NCBI GenBank assembly: GCA_021845825.1
Contig: JAJZVF010000001.1
Location: 1-55,491 of the forward strand
Direction of reading: 5' to 3'
Source: Pseudomonadota bacterium
Lineage (GTDB): Bacteria > Pseudomonadota > Gammaproteobacteria > Steroidobacterales > Steroidobacteraceae
Length of the DNA stretch: 55,491 nt
Under the pieces are notes generated by a model, which saw only the letters and a list, made by a program, of their open reading frames with translations, was not told where the DNA came from and did no database searches. Position 1 is the first letter of the stretch. Each line of letters begins with the position of its first letter. Shown piece after piece: positions 19,493-28,800 of this stretch. A program made the translations under genes and the position numbers.

Positions 19493-19845
19493 GGGCCTGT
19501 AGCACAGCGGTCAGTGCAGGGGACTCATCGAGAGAAGGTGCCTGTGCGCGGAAACGCGCACAGTGGACGGGATGAATTCAGGGGAACCGTCGAGCCGGGG
19601 ATTGCGCCCCGGCTCACGGCAATCCTGAGCCGAGCCGGCGGTACACCGCCGGAAGGTGCAGAGACTACCTGAGGGCTTGAGCGCCCTTGATGACAGGCAG
19701 GAGCATCCCGCACCCACACGGATGGAGTGAGTCGCTGAGATCGGGCGGCACATTCCGTTCGCGGGTGAAGAGATAGTCCACTCCCGGCGGAAACGTCGGG
19801 GCAGAGTGAATCCCTTGGTCGTAGGTTCGAATCCTACCGGGCCCA
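19493..19845 (+). tRNA. tRNA-Ile(CAU) (lysidine-type Ile2; Met not fully excluded) interrupted by a group I intron: exon 1 19493-19528, exon 2 19809-19845
   Basis: The joined exons give a 73-nt cloverleaf: acceptor GGGCCTG/CGGGCCC, D arm GCAC-AGCGGTCA-GTGC, anticodon arm GGGGA-CTCATAA-TCCCT, variable loop TGGTC, T arm GTAGG-TTCGAAT-CCTAC, discriminator A. G1:C72 rules out an initiator. C4:G69 and C5:G68, and an anticodon/variable region like E. coli ileX, are present. Confidence 0.85.
19529..19808 (+). ncRNA. Group I intron (IC3-like) in the tRNA anticodon loop
   Basis: P1 has a U19528:G19538 wobble. P2 is CTGTGCGCG-GAAA-CGCGCACAG. P3 pairs CGGGATG with CATCCCG. Core strings: GGCAATCCTGAGCCGAGCC, GGAAGGTGCAGAGACTA, GGGTGAAGAGATAGTCCA. 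P7 pairs GACTA with TAGTC. P9 is CCCGGCG-GAAA-CGTCGGG. The terminal nucleotide is G19808. Confidence 0.85.
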
Positions 19846-19981
19846 TGACCGGACCTGGCGTCCCGATGGCCGAACGGACAGCCGATATTCGTCGATACCG
19901 TACTGCCTTATAGGCCGCAAGCGCCGGTGTTGCTGTATCCCCGGAATTGCGGCTTATCCGGGCCGGCCAGGCGTGGCGAGC

Positions 19982-20143
19982 GTGCGGCACAACAGGTTCG
20001 GTGTCTTGGTTTTCATCGCGCCGAGCAGCGTGCTTGCGGGTTTCATCGGCGCGCTCCCCGGCCTCGGTGGCGGCGTGTTCATCGTGCCGATGATCGTGCT
20101 GGTGGGGCTCGGCATGCCGGCTCGAGGCCTGGGCTCGCGGTAG
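19982..20143 (+). pseudogene. Truncated N-terminal fragment of a TauE/SafE-family sulfite-exporter-like membrane protein
   Basis: 53 codons, VRHNRFGVLVFIAPSSVLAGFIGALPGLGGGVFIVPMIVLVGLGMP..., then TAG. Full-length family members are about 250 aa. It lies between the tRNA and the usp gene. Confidence 0.5.
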
Positions 20144-20187
20144 CGGCACAGCCTGGCTTTCAAGGCGCTGTATCTTGCGGGAGCGCT

Positions 20188-20994
20188 TCAGGAGTGCATC
20201 AGCAGCGGCAGAGAGCTTGACTGGATCAGCTGGGTAGAGGTGCCTCGCGCCAGCCAGTTGAGGATCTCGCCGCGACGGAAAGCGCCCATGAGGAGTCCGT
20301 CGGCCCCGTAGGCGGTCGCCGCGTCGAGCAGCACTTCCGCCGTCCGCCGTCCTTCGGAGGCAACCGCCCGGTAGCTGGCTACGGCGGCGACCGGCGCAAG
20401 GGCGGCGCGCGCCCCTTCCAGCACACTCTCGTCTTGGCTGACCGTCACCGCCTCCACCTGCTCGGCCGTGGCGAGGAGCGGCTGGAACGCGCCGAGGGCG
20501 CGACGCAGCGGCGGCACATCCCACCAGCCGATCATCAGCCGCCGGCCGAAGCCGCCTTCCCAGGCGGGCGGCACCATCACCACAGGATGGCGGGTCCGCA
20601 CCAACGCCGCTCTAAGCGCCTCGCGATGCCCGGGGGGCTGAGCATATGGCGCCGCGAGCACGACCATGCTTGCCGTCTTGCGGTAGTGCCGCATCACCCG
20701 CCATTCGTCGCCCTTGTAGAGATCGAATTCGGCGGACATGCCGCTCGCCCGTGTCCATTCGGAAACGATGCCGTGCAGCTTCTCGGTTTCCAGCCGCTCA
20801 CGATCGGCCAGCTGCTCGACCTCGTCTTCCGAAAGATGCTCTTGCGGAGTGAAAACAATCGAGCGCGGGCCGACCTCGACATGCGCGAGCCGCAGCTTCT
20901 GGCCGAGACGCTCGCTCATCACCGAAGCGATGCGCAGGCACTGCGTCGCGCCGGTTGTGGACGCAAGCAGCACCAGGATGAATTTCGATTCCAT
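20188..20994 (-). CDS. Universal stress protein (tandem UspA domains)
   Basis: Two Usp-like halves ending in ...ADGLLMGAFRRGEILNWLARGTSTQLIQSSSLPLLMHS. Start at MESKFILVLL (ATG 20994). Confidence 0.85.
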   Translation of the reverse strand: MESKFILVLLASTTGATQCLRIASVMSERLGQKLRLAHVEVGPRSIVFTPQEHLSEDEVEQLADRERLETEKLHGIVSEWTRASGMSAEFDLYKGDEWRVMRHYRKTASMVVLAAPYAQPPGHREALRAALVRTRHPVVMVPPAWEGGFGRRLMIGWWDVPPLRRALGAFQPLLATAEQVEAVTVSQDESVLEGARAALAPVAAVASYRAVASEGRRTAEVLLDAATAYGADGLLMGAFRRGEILNWLARGTSTQLIQSSSLPLLMHS

Positions 20995-21173
20995 GGTCGG
21001 CACCTCGGGGGCTCGGGCACAATCTCTTGAGGGACTGCACACTGTCGATCTTACCGCGAGGAAGGCTGCGCTGCGCACCGATGCCGCCGACGCCCGTAAC
21101 GTCGGGAGGTGCCCGGGGCATCGGCCCGCGCGTGCTGCTAAGCTGTCCAGCCATCATCGGGGGACTGGCCGTC

Positions 21174-21602
21174 ATGACAATGCGCAAAACGCTCGATCAT
21201 TGGCTGGCGGAGTACTCGCAGTGCCATCGGCACCCGGTCAATCGCGCGATTCACACTGTGTGCGTGCCGGCGATCCTGTTCGCGATCGTCGCGATGCTAT
21301 GGGACTTGCGCCTGTTCGGCCTGCGCGCCGCCTACCTGCTGATGGTCCTGGTCGCACCGTTCTATGTATGGCTCGGCCCGAAGGCCGTCGCCGTGGTGGC
21401 CGCGCAGCTTCTCGCCTGCGTGCTGCTGCTCAGTTTCTGGCCGCGCGCACTGCCGCTCATCGCAGTCTCGATCGGGATCTTCGTGCTCGCCTGGATCGGC
21501 CAGTTCGTCGGCCATGCGATCGAGGGCAGGCGGCCAAAGTTCTTCCAAGACCTGACTTTCCTCCTGATCGGCCCGCTGTGGGTGGTGCTCAAGCCACGCT
21601 GA
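21174..21602 (+). CDS. DUF962 / Mpo1-like membrane protein
   Basis: MRKTLDHWLAEYSQCHRHPVNRAIHTVCVP...GHAIEGRRPKFFQDLTFLLIGPLW. Confidence 0.8.
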   Translation: MTMRKTLDHWLAEYSQCHRHPVNRAIHTVCVPAILFAIVAMLWDLRLFGLRAAYLLMVLVAPFYVWLGPKAVAVVAAQLLACVLLLSFWPRALPLIAVSIGIFVLAWIGQFVGHAIEGRRPKFFQDLTFLLIGPLWVVLKPR

Positions 21603-21832
21603 CTGAACGTCGCCTTCCGCACGGTGCCCGGAAGCCCCCGCTTCCAGGCTCCGCGGTGCCGGCGCGGCGAATTTCGCTCAGTCGCTCTGCGTGTTCGACG
21701 AAGCGGGTGCGCCCGGCACGGGCGGAGGCGTAGGCTTGCTGGTAACGCCCCGCCCCGGCGTCGATTGCTGCGCGGCTTGCCCTGCAACTTCTCGGCGCGC
21801 GTCGTGTTCTTGCATGAAACGATGAAATACCC

Positions 21833-22417
21833 GTGCACTTGGCAAGCTCAAGGTCCGATTCGCAAGAATTCGCAGCGTTTATGCGCGCCTATCAAGATAT
21901 GGTCTTCTCGACGACCGTGCGCCTGACTGGCAATGCCGCGCAGGCCGAGGACATCAGCCAGGACGTGTTTCTCAAGGCGTATGAGCACTTCGATCGCCTG
22001 AGGTCAAGCCCTACGGCCGGCGGGTGGCTGAAGACCGTCGCTACCAATCTGACGCTGAACCATCTGACCCGCCATCGCAAGCGCTGGCGGCTGTTCTCGG
22101 AGGTCTTCACCCGGGACGAGCAGGAAGCAGAAGACATCGAATCTGCGGCCACCGCCTTCGAGGACGCCCTGCTCCAGATAGACGATGAGCAGCGCCGCGA
22201 TCGCATCGGGCAAGCCTTGCAAGGCCTGCCCGAGCATCAGCGCGTACCGTTGGTGCTCTACCATTTCGAGGACATGCCGTACCAGGAGATCGCCACTCGC
22301 CTGGGCCATTCGCTCGCGAAAATCAAGACCGACATCCTGCGCGGCCGACTGGCCATGGCCAAAGCCCTCACGCGCAGCGGTCTCGCGCCGGAACCCGGCT
22401 GCGGCCGTGCACCATGA
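21833..22417 (+). CDS. ECF-type RNA polymerase sigma factor
   Basis: Region 2 (AEDISQDVFLKAYEHFDRL, GWLKTVATNLTLNHLTRHRKR) and region 4 (LPEHQRVPLVLYHFEDMPYQEIATRLGHSLAKIKTDILRGR). Confidence 0.9.
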   Translation: MHLASSRSDSQEFAAFMRAYQDMVFSTTVRLTGNAAQAEDISQDVFLKAYEHFDRLRSSPTAGGWLKTVATNLTLNHLTRHRKRWRLFSEVFTRDEQEAEDIESAATAFEDALLQIDDEQRRDRIGQALQGLPEHQRVPLVLYHFEDMPYQEIATRLGHSLAKIKTDILRGRLAMAKALTRSGLAPEPGCGRAP

Positions 22418-22899
22418 GAGACCACGATCCCCATGGAAAGAGCCTGGAGCGCCTGACACACCAGGTGCTGCGGCGCCTGCCGGCGCACCGAGCGCCCGCC
22501 TCGCTCGAAGCGCGCGTTCTGCGAGAGATCGAGCGGCGCGCCGCGCTGCCGCGCGGGCGAGCGGGAATCGCGCAGTGGCCGGCGGCCGCCCGCGTGGCGC
22601 TGATCGGCGCGTGCGCGGCGTGCGCGCCGCTGGTGTGGGTGCTGGGCAGAAGTCTGTGGCCCCACTTGGCGGCGGCTCTGGCCGCTGCGGGCGTCGCGCC
22701 CTGGGTAGCCGATGCTCACAACACCGGTCGCACCCTGCTGTCGCTCGCCGAGCTCACCGCGCATCTGGTGCGGCTGATTCCGCACGAGTGGCTGTTCGCC
22801 GGCCTGATCGTCGCCGGCGCCGTGTATGCGGCGCTGGCGGCCGTGACCTACCTCCTCCTCTCCCTCACCTTGCCGCATCTGAAGGCGCATCAGGTATGA
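22414..22899 (+). CDS. Putative membrane anti-sigma factor (no zinc-binding HxxxCxxC motif)
   Basis: ATGA overlap with the sigma gene. A short cytoplasmic N-terminus is followed by hydrophobic segments. The function is inferred from position only. Confidence 0.6.
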   Translation: MRDHDPHGKSLERLTHQVLRRLPAHRAPASLEARVLREIERRAALPRGRAGIAQWPAAARVALIGACAACAPLVWVLGRSLWPHLAAALAAAGVAPWVADAHNTGRTLLSLAELTAHLVRLIPHEWLFAGLIVAGAVYAALAAVTYLLLSLTLPHLKAHQV

Positions 22900-24647
22900 A
22901 CCCTACCTTCGGCTTCCTGTCCGGCGGGCTGCTCGCCTGCCTGAGCCTCGCCTGCGCGCCCGCCCAGGCCGGGCAGGCTACCCGGGCCCTTGCCGCGCCG
23001 GCAGCGACGGTGAACGCCGCTATCGACCTGAGCAACGGCTTCAGACCGCTCCATATCGGCAACGGCGGCATGAGTATCACCAGTGGCTCGAAGTCGGCCC
23101 GGTTCGATGTGCCCATCCCGCCGATTCCGTCCATCCACGTCCGGGTCGGGCACATGAGGCACATTCCCTGCCGTGGCCGCAGCGAGGTCGTCGCCATCGG
23201 CCATAACGTCCTTCTGCCGGAGGACCGGAACGTTTGCGATGTCGTGGCGATTTTCGGCAATGCCGTGGTTCATGGCACCGTGTCCGATTCGGTAGTCACC
23301 ATATTCGGCAGCTCACGCGTGGATGGCAATGTGGGCAACAGCGTGGTGTCCGTTCTGGGCAATACTCACATCGATAGCTTTGTCGCCCAGAGCGCGGTTG
23401 CAGTACTCGGCAACGTGCATCTCGGACCGCAGGCGGTGGTCGGCGGCCAAGTCGTGAACATCCTGGGCAAGGCCATCATCACGCCCACCACCGTGATCCA
23501 GGGCGGCACCGTCAACCTGTTGTCGGGATTTGCGCACGCCCTGCCGGGCTTGCAGACTTGGAGCGATCATTGCCTGATCTTCGGCCGGCTGCTCGCGCCG
23601 CGCCTCGACGTGGTGTGGGCCTGGGAAGTGGCGCTCGCGCTGCTGGCGTTCTACCTGCTGCTGGCGGCGCTGTTTCACGAAGGACTGCAGCGCTGCGTCC
23701 TCACTCTCGAAGAGCACCCGGGTCAGTCGATCCTCGCAGCGCTCGCCATGGTGCTGCTGACGCCGATGCTGATGTTGGCGCTGGTGATGACCGTCATCGG
23801 CATCGCCGTCGTTCCTCTGCTCTGGTTCGCCCTGCTCTGCGCGGGGATTTTCGGGCGTGTGGTGACGCTAGGCTGGCTGGGTAGGCGGTTGCTGCGGGCC
23901 GCCCGAGCGGGCGCCGTGCCGCCCGTGGTCGAGGTGCTGGTTGGCGGCATCGTGGTGCTGTTGCTGTACATGGTACCGCTGCTCGGCTTGATCGTCTGGG
24001 CATTGGTCGGTCTGCTCGGCTTCGGTGCGCTGAGCTACGCCGGGCTGCTCGCCGTCCGCAATGCCCGGGGCGACCGCCCGGGACCTCAGCCGGCTGCGGC
24101 GGCTCAGACGGGCTGCGGACCCGGGCCGGAGGCATCCGCCGGCCCCGCGGCGCCCGCTGCGGGTTGCGCCGCATCGCCCACCGGGGCGCAGGGCGCCGCA
24201 GCCGACGGGGCCAACGGCTCCACCGCAAACCCGCCGGCCGCCACGGCAAGCGCGCAGGATCTGATGACATTGCCGCGGGCGGGATTCTGGCTGCGCATGG
24301 CCGCTTTGCTGATCGACCTCGTGCTCGTCGGGTTTGCGCTCGCCGTGATCGGCCACCACGGCGCCGACGGCGTGCTGTTGGTCCTGGCCGGCTACGGGGC
24401 GGTGATGTGGAGACTCAACGGCACCACCGTCGGCGGCATCATCTGCAACCTCAAAGTGGTGCGCCTCGACGGCCGGCCGATAGGCTGGGAAACGGCGATC
24501 CTGCGTGCCCTGGGATGCTTTCTGTCGCTCGTGGCCGCGGGTCTCGGCTTCTTCTGGATCGCCTTCGACCGCGAGCATCAGGGCTGGCACGACAAAATCG
24601 CCGGCACCGTCGTGGTGCTGGTCCCGAGATCAAAGGGGCTGGTGTAG
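22896..24647 (+). CDS. Multidomain membrane protein: signal peptide + bactofilin-like beta-helical repeat region + TM block + Ala/Pro/Gly linker + C-terminal RDD domain
   Basis: 583 aa. ATGA overlap with the upstream gene. V/G/N-rich repeats (VVAIFGNAVVHGTVSDSVVTIFGSSRVDGNVGNSVVSVLGNTHID...). RDD-like C-terminus (RAGFWLRMAALLIDLVL...FDREHQGWHDKIAGTVVV). Confidence 0.8.
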   Translation: MNPTFGFLSGGLLACLSLACAPAQAGQATRALAAPAATVNAAIDLSNGFRPLHIGNGGMSITSGSKSARFDVPIPPIPSIHVRVGHMRHIPCRGRSEVVAIGHNVLLPEDRNVCDVVAIFGNAVVHGTVSDSVVTIFGSSRVDGNVGNSVVSVLGNTHIDSFVAQSAVAVLGNVHLGPQAVVGGQVVNILGKAIITPTTVIQGGTVNLLSGFAHALPGLQTWSDHCLIFGRLLAPRLDVVWAWEVALALLAFYLLLAALFHEGLQRCVLTLEEHPGQSILAALAMVLLTPMLMLALVMTVIGIAVVPLLWFALLCAGIFGRVVTLGWLGRRLLRAARAGAVPPVVEVLVGGIVVLLLYMVPLLGLIVWALVGLLGFGALSYAGLLAVRNARGDRPGPQPAAAAQTGCGPGPEASAGPAAPAAGCAASPTGAQGAAADGANGSTANPPAATASAQDLMTLPRAGFWLRMAALLIDLVLVGFALAVIGHHGADGVLLVLAGYGAVMWRLNGTTVGGIICNLKVVRLDGRPIGWETAILRALGCFLSLVAAGLGFFWIAFDREHQGWHDKIAGTVVVLVPRSKGLV

Positions 24648-24649
24648 CC

Positions 24650-25816
24650 ATGGGTCCCAATTCGGAACACCGGGCTGACACCGGGCCGGCGGCCGGTCCG
24701 CGGCGCAAGCAGCGGTGGCTCGCGGCTGCAGGGTTGGCCGCCGTGGCGCTCGGCACGGCCGTGTGGAGGGACCTCTCACCGAAAACGCCAGCCCCCCTCC
24801 CGCTCGCGGATCAGCGCAACGTACCGCTGGTCTCGACGCTGGTCCCGGGCCTGCGGCCGGTGAATACCCAGGTCCTGGTGACCGGATCGATCTCCGCGCG
24901 CCACGCTCTGCCGATCGGCGACGGCGGGCAGGCCGGACGCATCGTCGCGGTTTACGCCCAGGTGGGCGATCGAGTGAGAGAGGGCCAGATCCTCGCCCGG
25001 CTCGACGATTCGGTGCTCAAGCCACAGGTGGCGGAGCTGCGCGCCTCCCTTGCCAAGGCACGCGCCCAAGCCAAGCTCGCGGCGGCCGACTATCGCCGGG
25101 CGCTGGCGATCGGTCCGGACGGCGGGTTGTCGAGGCAGAATATCGAGCAGAGCCAGGCGACGGCTGCCATGGACGCCGCCAACGTAAAAATGGCGGCGGC
25201 GCAACTGCAGCAAAAGCGCGCCGAGCTGGCGCTGACCCGCATCATCGCGCCCGTCGCCGGCACAGTGCTCACTCGCGATGCCGAGGTCGGCCAGGTGGCA
25301 AGCCCCGGCGGCCCGCCATTGTTCACCCTGGAGGACGAGAGTCGGGTGGAGCTCATCGGGCAGGTAGCCGAGCAGGATCTCGCCTCGCTCAAGGTCGGCC
25401 AACCGGCCAAGGTCTATCTGATCGGGTATCGGCAACCATTCTCCGGACATATCTGGCTGCTCGGAGCGACCGTCAACCCGCAAAACCGGCTCGGCGAAGT
25501 GCGCATTGCGCTTTCGCCCAATCCTGCTCTGCGCCCCGGAGCGTTTGCGCGCGCCGTGATCACCGAAAGACGGGCCGAGCGTCCCGTGCTGCCGCAGACC
25601 GCGATCATGACCGACTCTGCCGGCTCGTATGTGTTCGTCGTCAGCCGCAAAGGCATCGCGCTGCGCCGTCGGGTGCGACTCGGCGGCGTGATCGCCTCAG
25701 GCGTGGTCATCGCGCGCGGACTGACGGGCCGGGAGCAAATCGTCACGCTGGCGGGCGGTTTCCTGCAAAACGGCGAGCGGGTACGGATCGCTCCCGTACA
25801 CGGAATGGGCTCATGA
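24650..25816 (+). CDS. Efflux RND transporter periplasmic adaptor (MFP) subunit
   Basis: Lipoyl/hairpin pattern (GRIVAVYAQVGDRVREGQILARLDD...TRIIAPVAGTVLTRDAEVGQ). Starts 2 nt after the upstream stop. Confidence 0.9.
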   Translation: MGPNSEHRADTGPAAGPRRKQRWLAAAGLAAVALGTAVWRDLSPKTPAPLPLADQRNVPLVSTLVPGLRPVNTQVLVTGSISARHALPIGDGGQAGRIVAVYAQVGDRVREGQILARLDDSVLKPQVAELRASLAKARAQAKLAAADYRRALAIGPDGGLSRQNIEQSQATAAMDAANVKMAAAQLQQKRAELALTRIIAPVAGTVLTRDAEVGQVASPGGPPLFTLEDESRVELIGQVAEQDLASLKVGQPAKVYLIGYRQPFSGHIWLLGATVNPQNRLGEVRIALSPNPALRPGAFARAVITERRAERPVLPQTAIMTDSAGSYVFVVSRKGIALRRRVRLGGVIASGVVIARGLTGREQIVTLAGGFLQNGERVRIAPVHGMGS

Positions 25817-28800
25817 GGCGCTTGTCGGCCTGGGCGATCCGCCACCCCCTGCCGCCGCTCGTGCTGTTCGTGGTGCTGCTGTTCGCCGGCGTTGTGTCAT
25901 TCGTACGCCTGCCGGTGACACTTCACCCCCACCTCTCCTATCCCATCGTCTCGGTCGTGGTCACGGAGCCGGGCGCCGCGCCGGAGGAAGTCCAAATCGA
26001 GATCGTCCGCCGGATCGAGGGGGCGGTGGCCGGCATCAGCAATATCCACCGCATCTACTCCGACGCCTATCAAGGCGGGGAGCGGACCTACGTCGAATTC
26101 CGGATCGGCACGCCGATCGATCGCGCCCTGACCGACGTCCGCGACGCCGTCACCCAGGTCCAACCGGACCTGCCCGGCGATATCCTGCCGCCTGTGGTGC
26201 AACGGGTCAAAGTAGATGGCGGTCCGATCGCGTACTACGCCGTCAGCTCCACTGACATGAGCGACCGGGCGATATCATGGTTCATCGACAACACCATCAC
26301 CAAGGCGCTGCTCAGGGTTCCCGGAGTGGCGCGGGTCGCCCGTTACGGCGGCGTCAACCGCGAAATTCGCGTCGAGCTCGATCCGGCACGCATGCAGGCG
26401 CTCGGCCTCACCGCGGCACAGGTCAACCAGCAGCTGGCCGACCTCAACACCGATCTACCCGGCGGCCGTGCCGATCTCGGCGACGGCGAGCAGACCATCC
26501 GCGTGCTCGGGGGCGCGCACACCGCGTGGCAGCTGTCGCAGACGCAGATCGCACTGCCCGGCGGACGCTTCGCAAAGCTCGGCAACATCGCCACGGTCCG
26601 CGACGGTGCCGCGCAAGTGCGCAGCATCGAGCTGTTCAACGGACGGCCTGCCATCTCGTTCGGCGTGCAGCGTGCTGCGGACACCTCGGACATCACGGTG
26701 CTGCGGGGCGTGCGGCGAGCGCTCGCCAAGGTGCGCGCGGAATACCCCGACATCCACATCAATCAGACCTTCACGACGGTCGCCTATACCGAGCAACAGT
26801 ACCGTTCGGCCCTCGAGGCGCTGATCGAGGGCGCGCTCCTCTCCGTGCTGGTGGTTTGGCTGTTCCTGCGCGATACACGCGCGACGCTGATCTCGGCTCT
26901 GGCGATCCCGCTGGCCGCGATCCCGACGTTCGCGTTCATGAAATTGATGGGGTTCACGCTGAACCAGGTGAGCCTGCTCGCGCTCTCGATGGTATCGGGC
27001 GTGCTCGTCGATGACGCCATCGTCGAAATCGAGAACATCGTGCGGCACAAGCACATGGGCAAAAGCGCCTTCCGGGCGGCGCTCGATGCGGCCGATCAGA
27101 TCGCGCTCGCGGTCGTCGCGACCTCCTGCACCATTATTGCAGTGTTCGTTCCGGTGAGCTTCATGGGCGGCATCATCGGCCAGTACTTCCGGCAGTTCGG
27201 CCTGACGGTTGCCGCCGCCGTATTCTTCTCGCTGTTGGTAGCCCGATTGCTGACGCCGGTGATCGCCGCCTACACCTTGAGGTCCGGGCCGCAGCCCGCG
27301 CGCGGCGACGGACCGGTCATGACGTGGTACATGCGCATCTTGAGGTGGTGCGTGCATCATCGCTGGCAGACCATCGGGCTGGGGACGCTGTTCTTCGCGG
27401 CCTCGGTGGCCGGGCTGGCGGCGATGCCCAAGACTTTCATCCAGCAGTCCGATACCAGCAGCGCGGCGCTCGCGATCGAGCTGCCGCCCGGCGTGCAGCT
27501 CGCCGATACCGAGGCGGCCGCGAACGCCGCCTACCGCATCCTCGCCCGCCAGCCCGAGGTGACCGCAATAGACGAGTCGGTCGGCGGCAGCGGCGGTGTA
27601 CGCACGGCGAATCTGTACATTACTCTGGTACCGCCCGGGCGGCGCACGTTGAGCCAGAAGCAGTGGCAGAACCTGATGCTCGCCAAGCTGAGCTCGATAC
27701 CCAACGCGCAGATGTATTTCCAGAACTTCAACGGCGACAGCGACGGCCACGACATCACCATCGATCTCACCGGGGACGACCTGCGGCTGCTCGAGCGTAC
27801 GGCCCGCAGGGTGATGCGCCAGATGGCGGCCCTGCCGGGTCTGCGCGATGTCAGCTCCGCGGACGGACTGCCGCGGCCGCAGATTCGCATCCGGCCGCGG
27901 TTCGACCTGGCCGCCGAGCTCGGCGTGACGGTTGCCGACATCGGCCGGACGATCCGCGTCGCCACGATCGGCGATCTGCTGCAGAACGATGCCAAATTCA
28001 CCCTCCCCGACCGGCAGGTGCCCATTGTGGTCAATCTGCAGCGCTCGGCGCGCGGCAACTTGACGGCGCTGGAGAATCTGCCGGTGCCGACCCGGGACGG
28101 CGGCACCGTGCCGCTGCAGGCGGTCGCCGCCTTCGGCTTCGGCGAGGGCCCGACGCAGATCCGCAGCCGCGATCAACGCCTGCGCATCGCCATCAATGCC
28201 GATCTCAACGGCATACAGCTCGGCAAGGCGATGCAGGAGATTCATGCGCTGCCGACGCTCAGGCACCTGCCGCCCGGGGTGCATCTTGCCGACACCGGCA
28301 ATGCGCGCCTGATGTCGGAATTGTTCTCCGACTTCGCGATCGCCATGGGCACCGGCATCCTGATGGTGTTCGCGGTGTTGGTGCTGTTGTTCGCCCGAGT
28401 GCTGCAGCCGGTCACGATTCTGTCGGCGCTGCCGCTGTCACTCGGCGGAGCGGTGGCGGCCCTGTTCCTCACCCATAAGCCGCTGTCGCTCGGTGTGATG
28501 ATCGGCTTTCTGATGCTCATGGGCATCGTGGCGAAGAATTCCATCCTGCTCGTTGACTTCGCCATCGAGCAGATGCGCGCCGGCAAGGACCGGTTGAGCG
28601 CGCTCCTCGAGGCCGGTCACGAGCGTGCGCGCCCGATCGTCATGACGACCATCGCCATGGTAGCGGGCATGCTGCCCGTGGCGCTTACGATAGGCGGCGG
28701 ATTCCGTGCCCCCATGGCGATCTCGGTGATCGGCGGCCTGATCGCCTCCACCGCACTGACGCTCGTGGTCGTCCCGGCAGGGTTTACCGTGATCGACGAC

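Noticed and set aside
19806-19845. At first sight this is an orphan tRNA 3' fragment (T arm + acceptor): a possible genomic-island att scar or a tmRNA 3' end.
   Set aside because: The matching 5' half (acceptor, D arm, anticodon stem and CAT) lies at 19493-19528, and the 280 nt between fold as a group I intron. The acceptor GGGCCUG also lacks the tmRNA/Ala G3:U70.
19511-20524. 337-aa minus-strand ORF spanning the intron, exon 2, the TauE fragment and the usp 3' end.
   Set aside because: Its Arg/Ala/Pro/Gly-rich composition is typical of out-of-frame or antisense reading in high-GC DNA. It overlaps better-supported features on both strands.
21614-21645. Three segments, CTTCCG / CGGAAGC / GCTTCC, able to form two mutually exclusive hairpins downstream of the DUF962 gene (attenuator-like).
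   Set aside because: The stems are only 6 bp. There is no leader peptide and no U-tract, and the site lies about 190 bp from the next start codon, so it is indistinguishable from chance in GC-rich DNA.
24164-25812. Long N-terminal extensions of the MFP (from 24164) and RND (from 24715) track ORFs.
   Set aside because: The extensions overlap the preceding genes out of frame and are Arg/Gly/Pro-rich. Homology-consistent starts with coupled stop/start junctions lie at 24650 and 25813.
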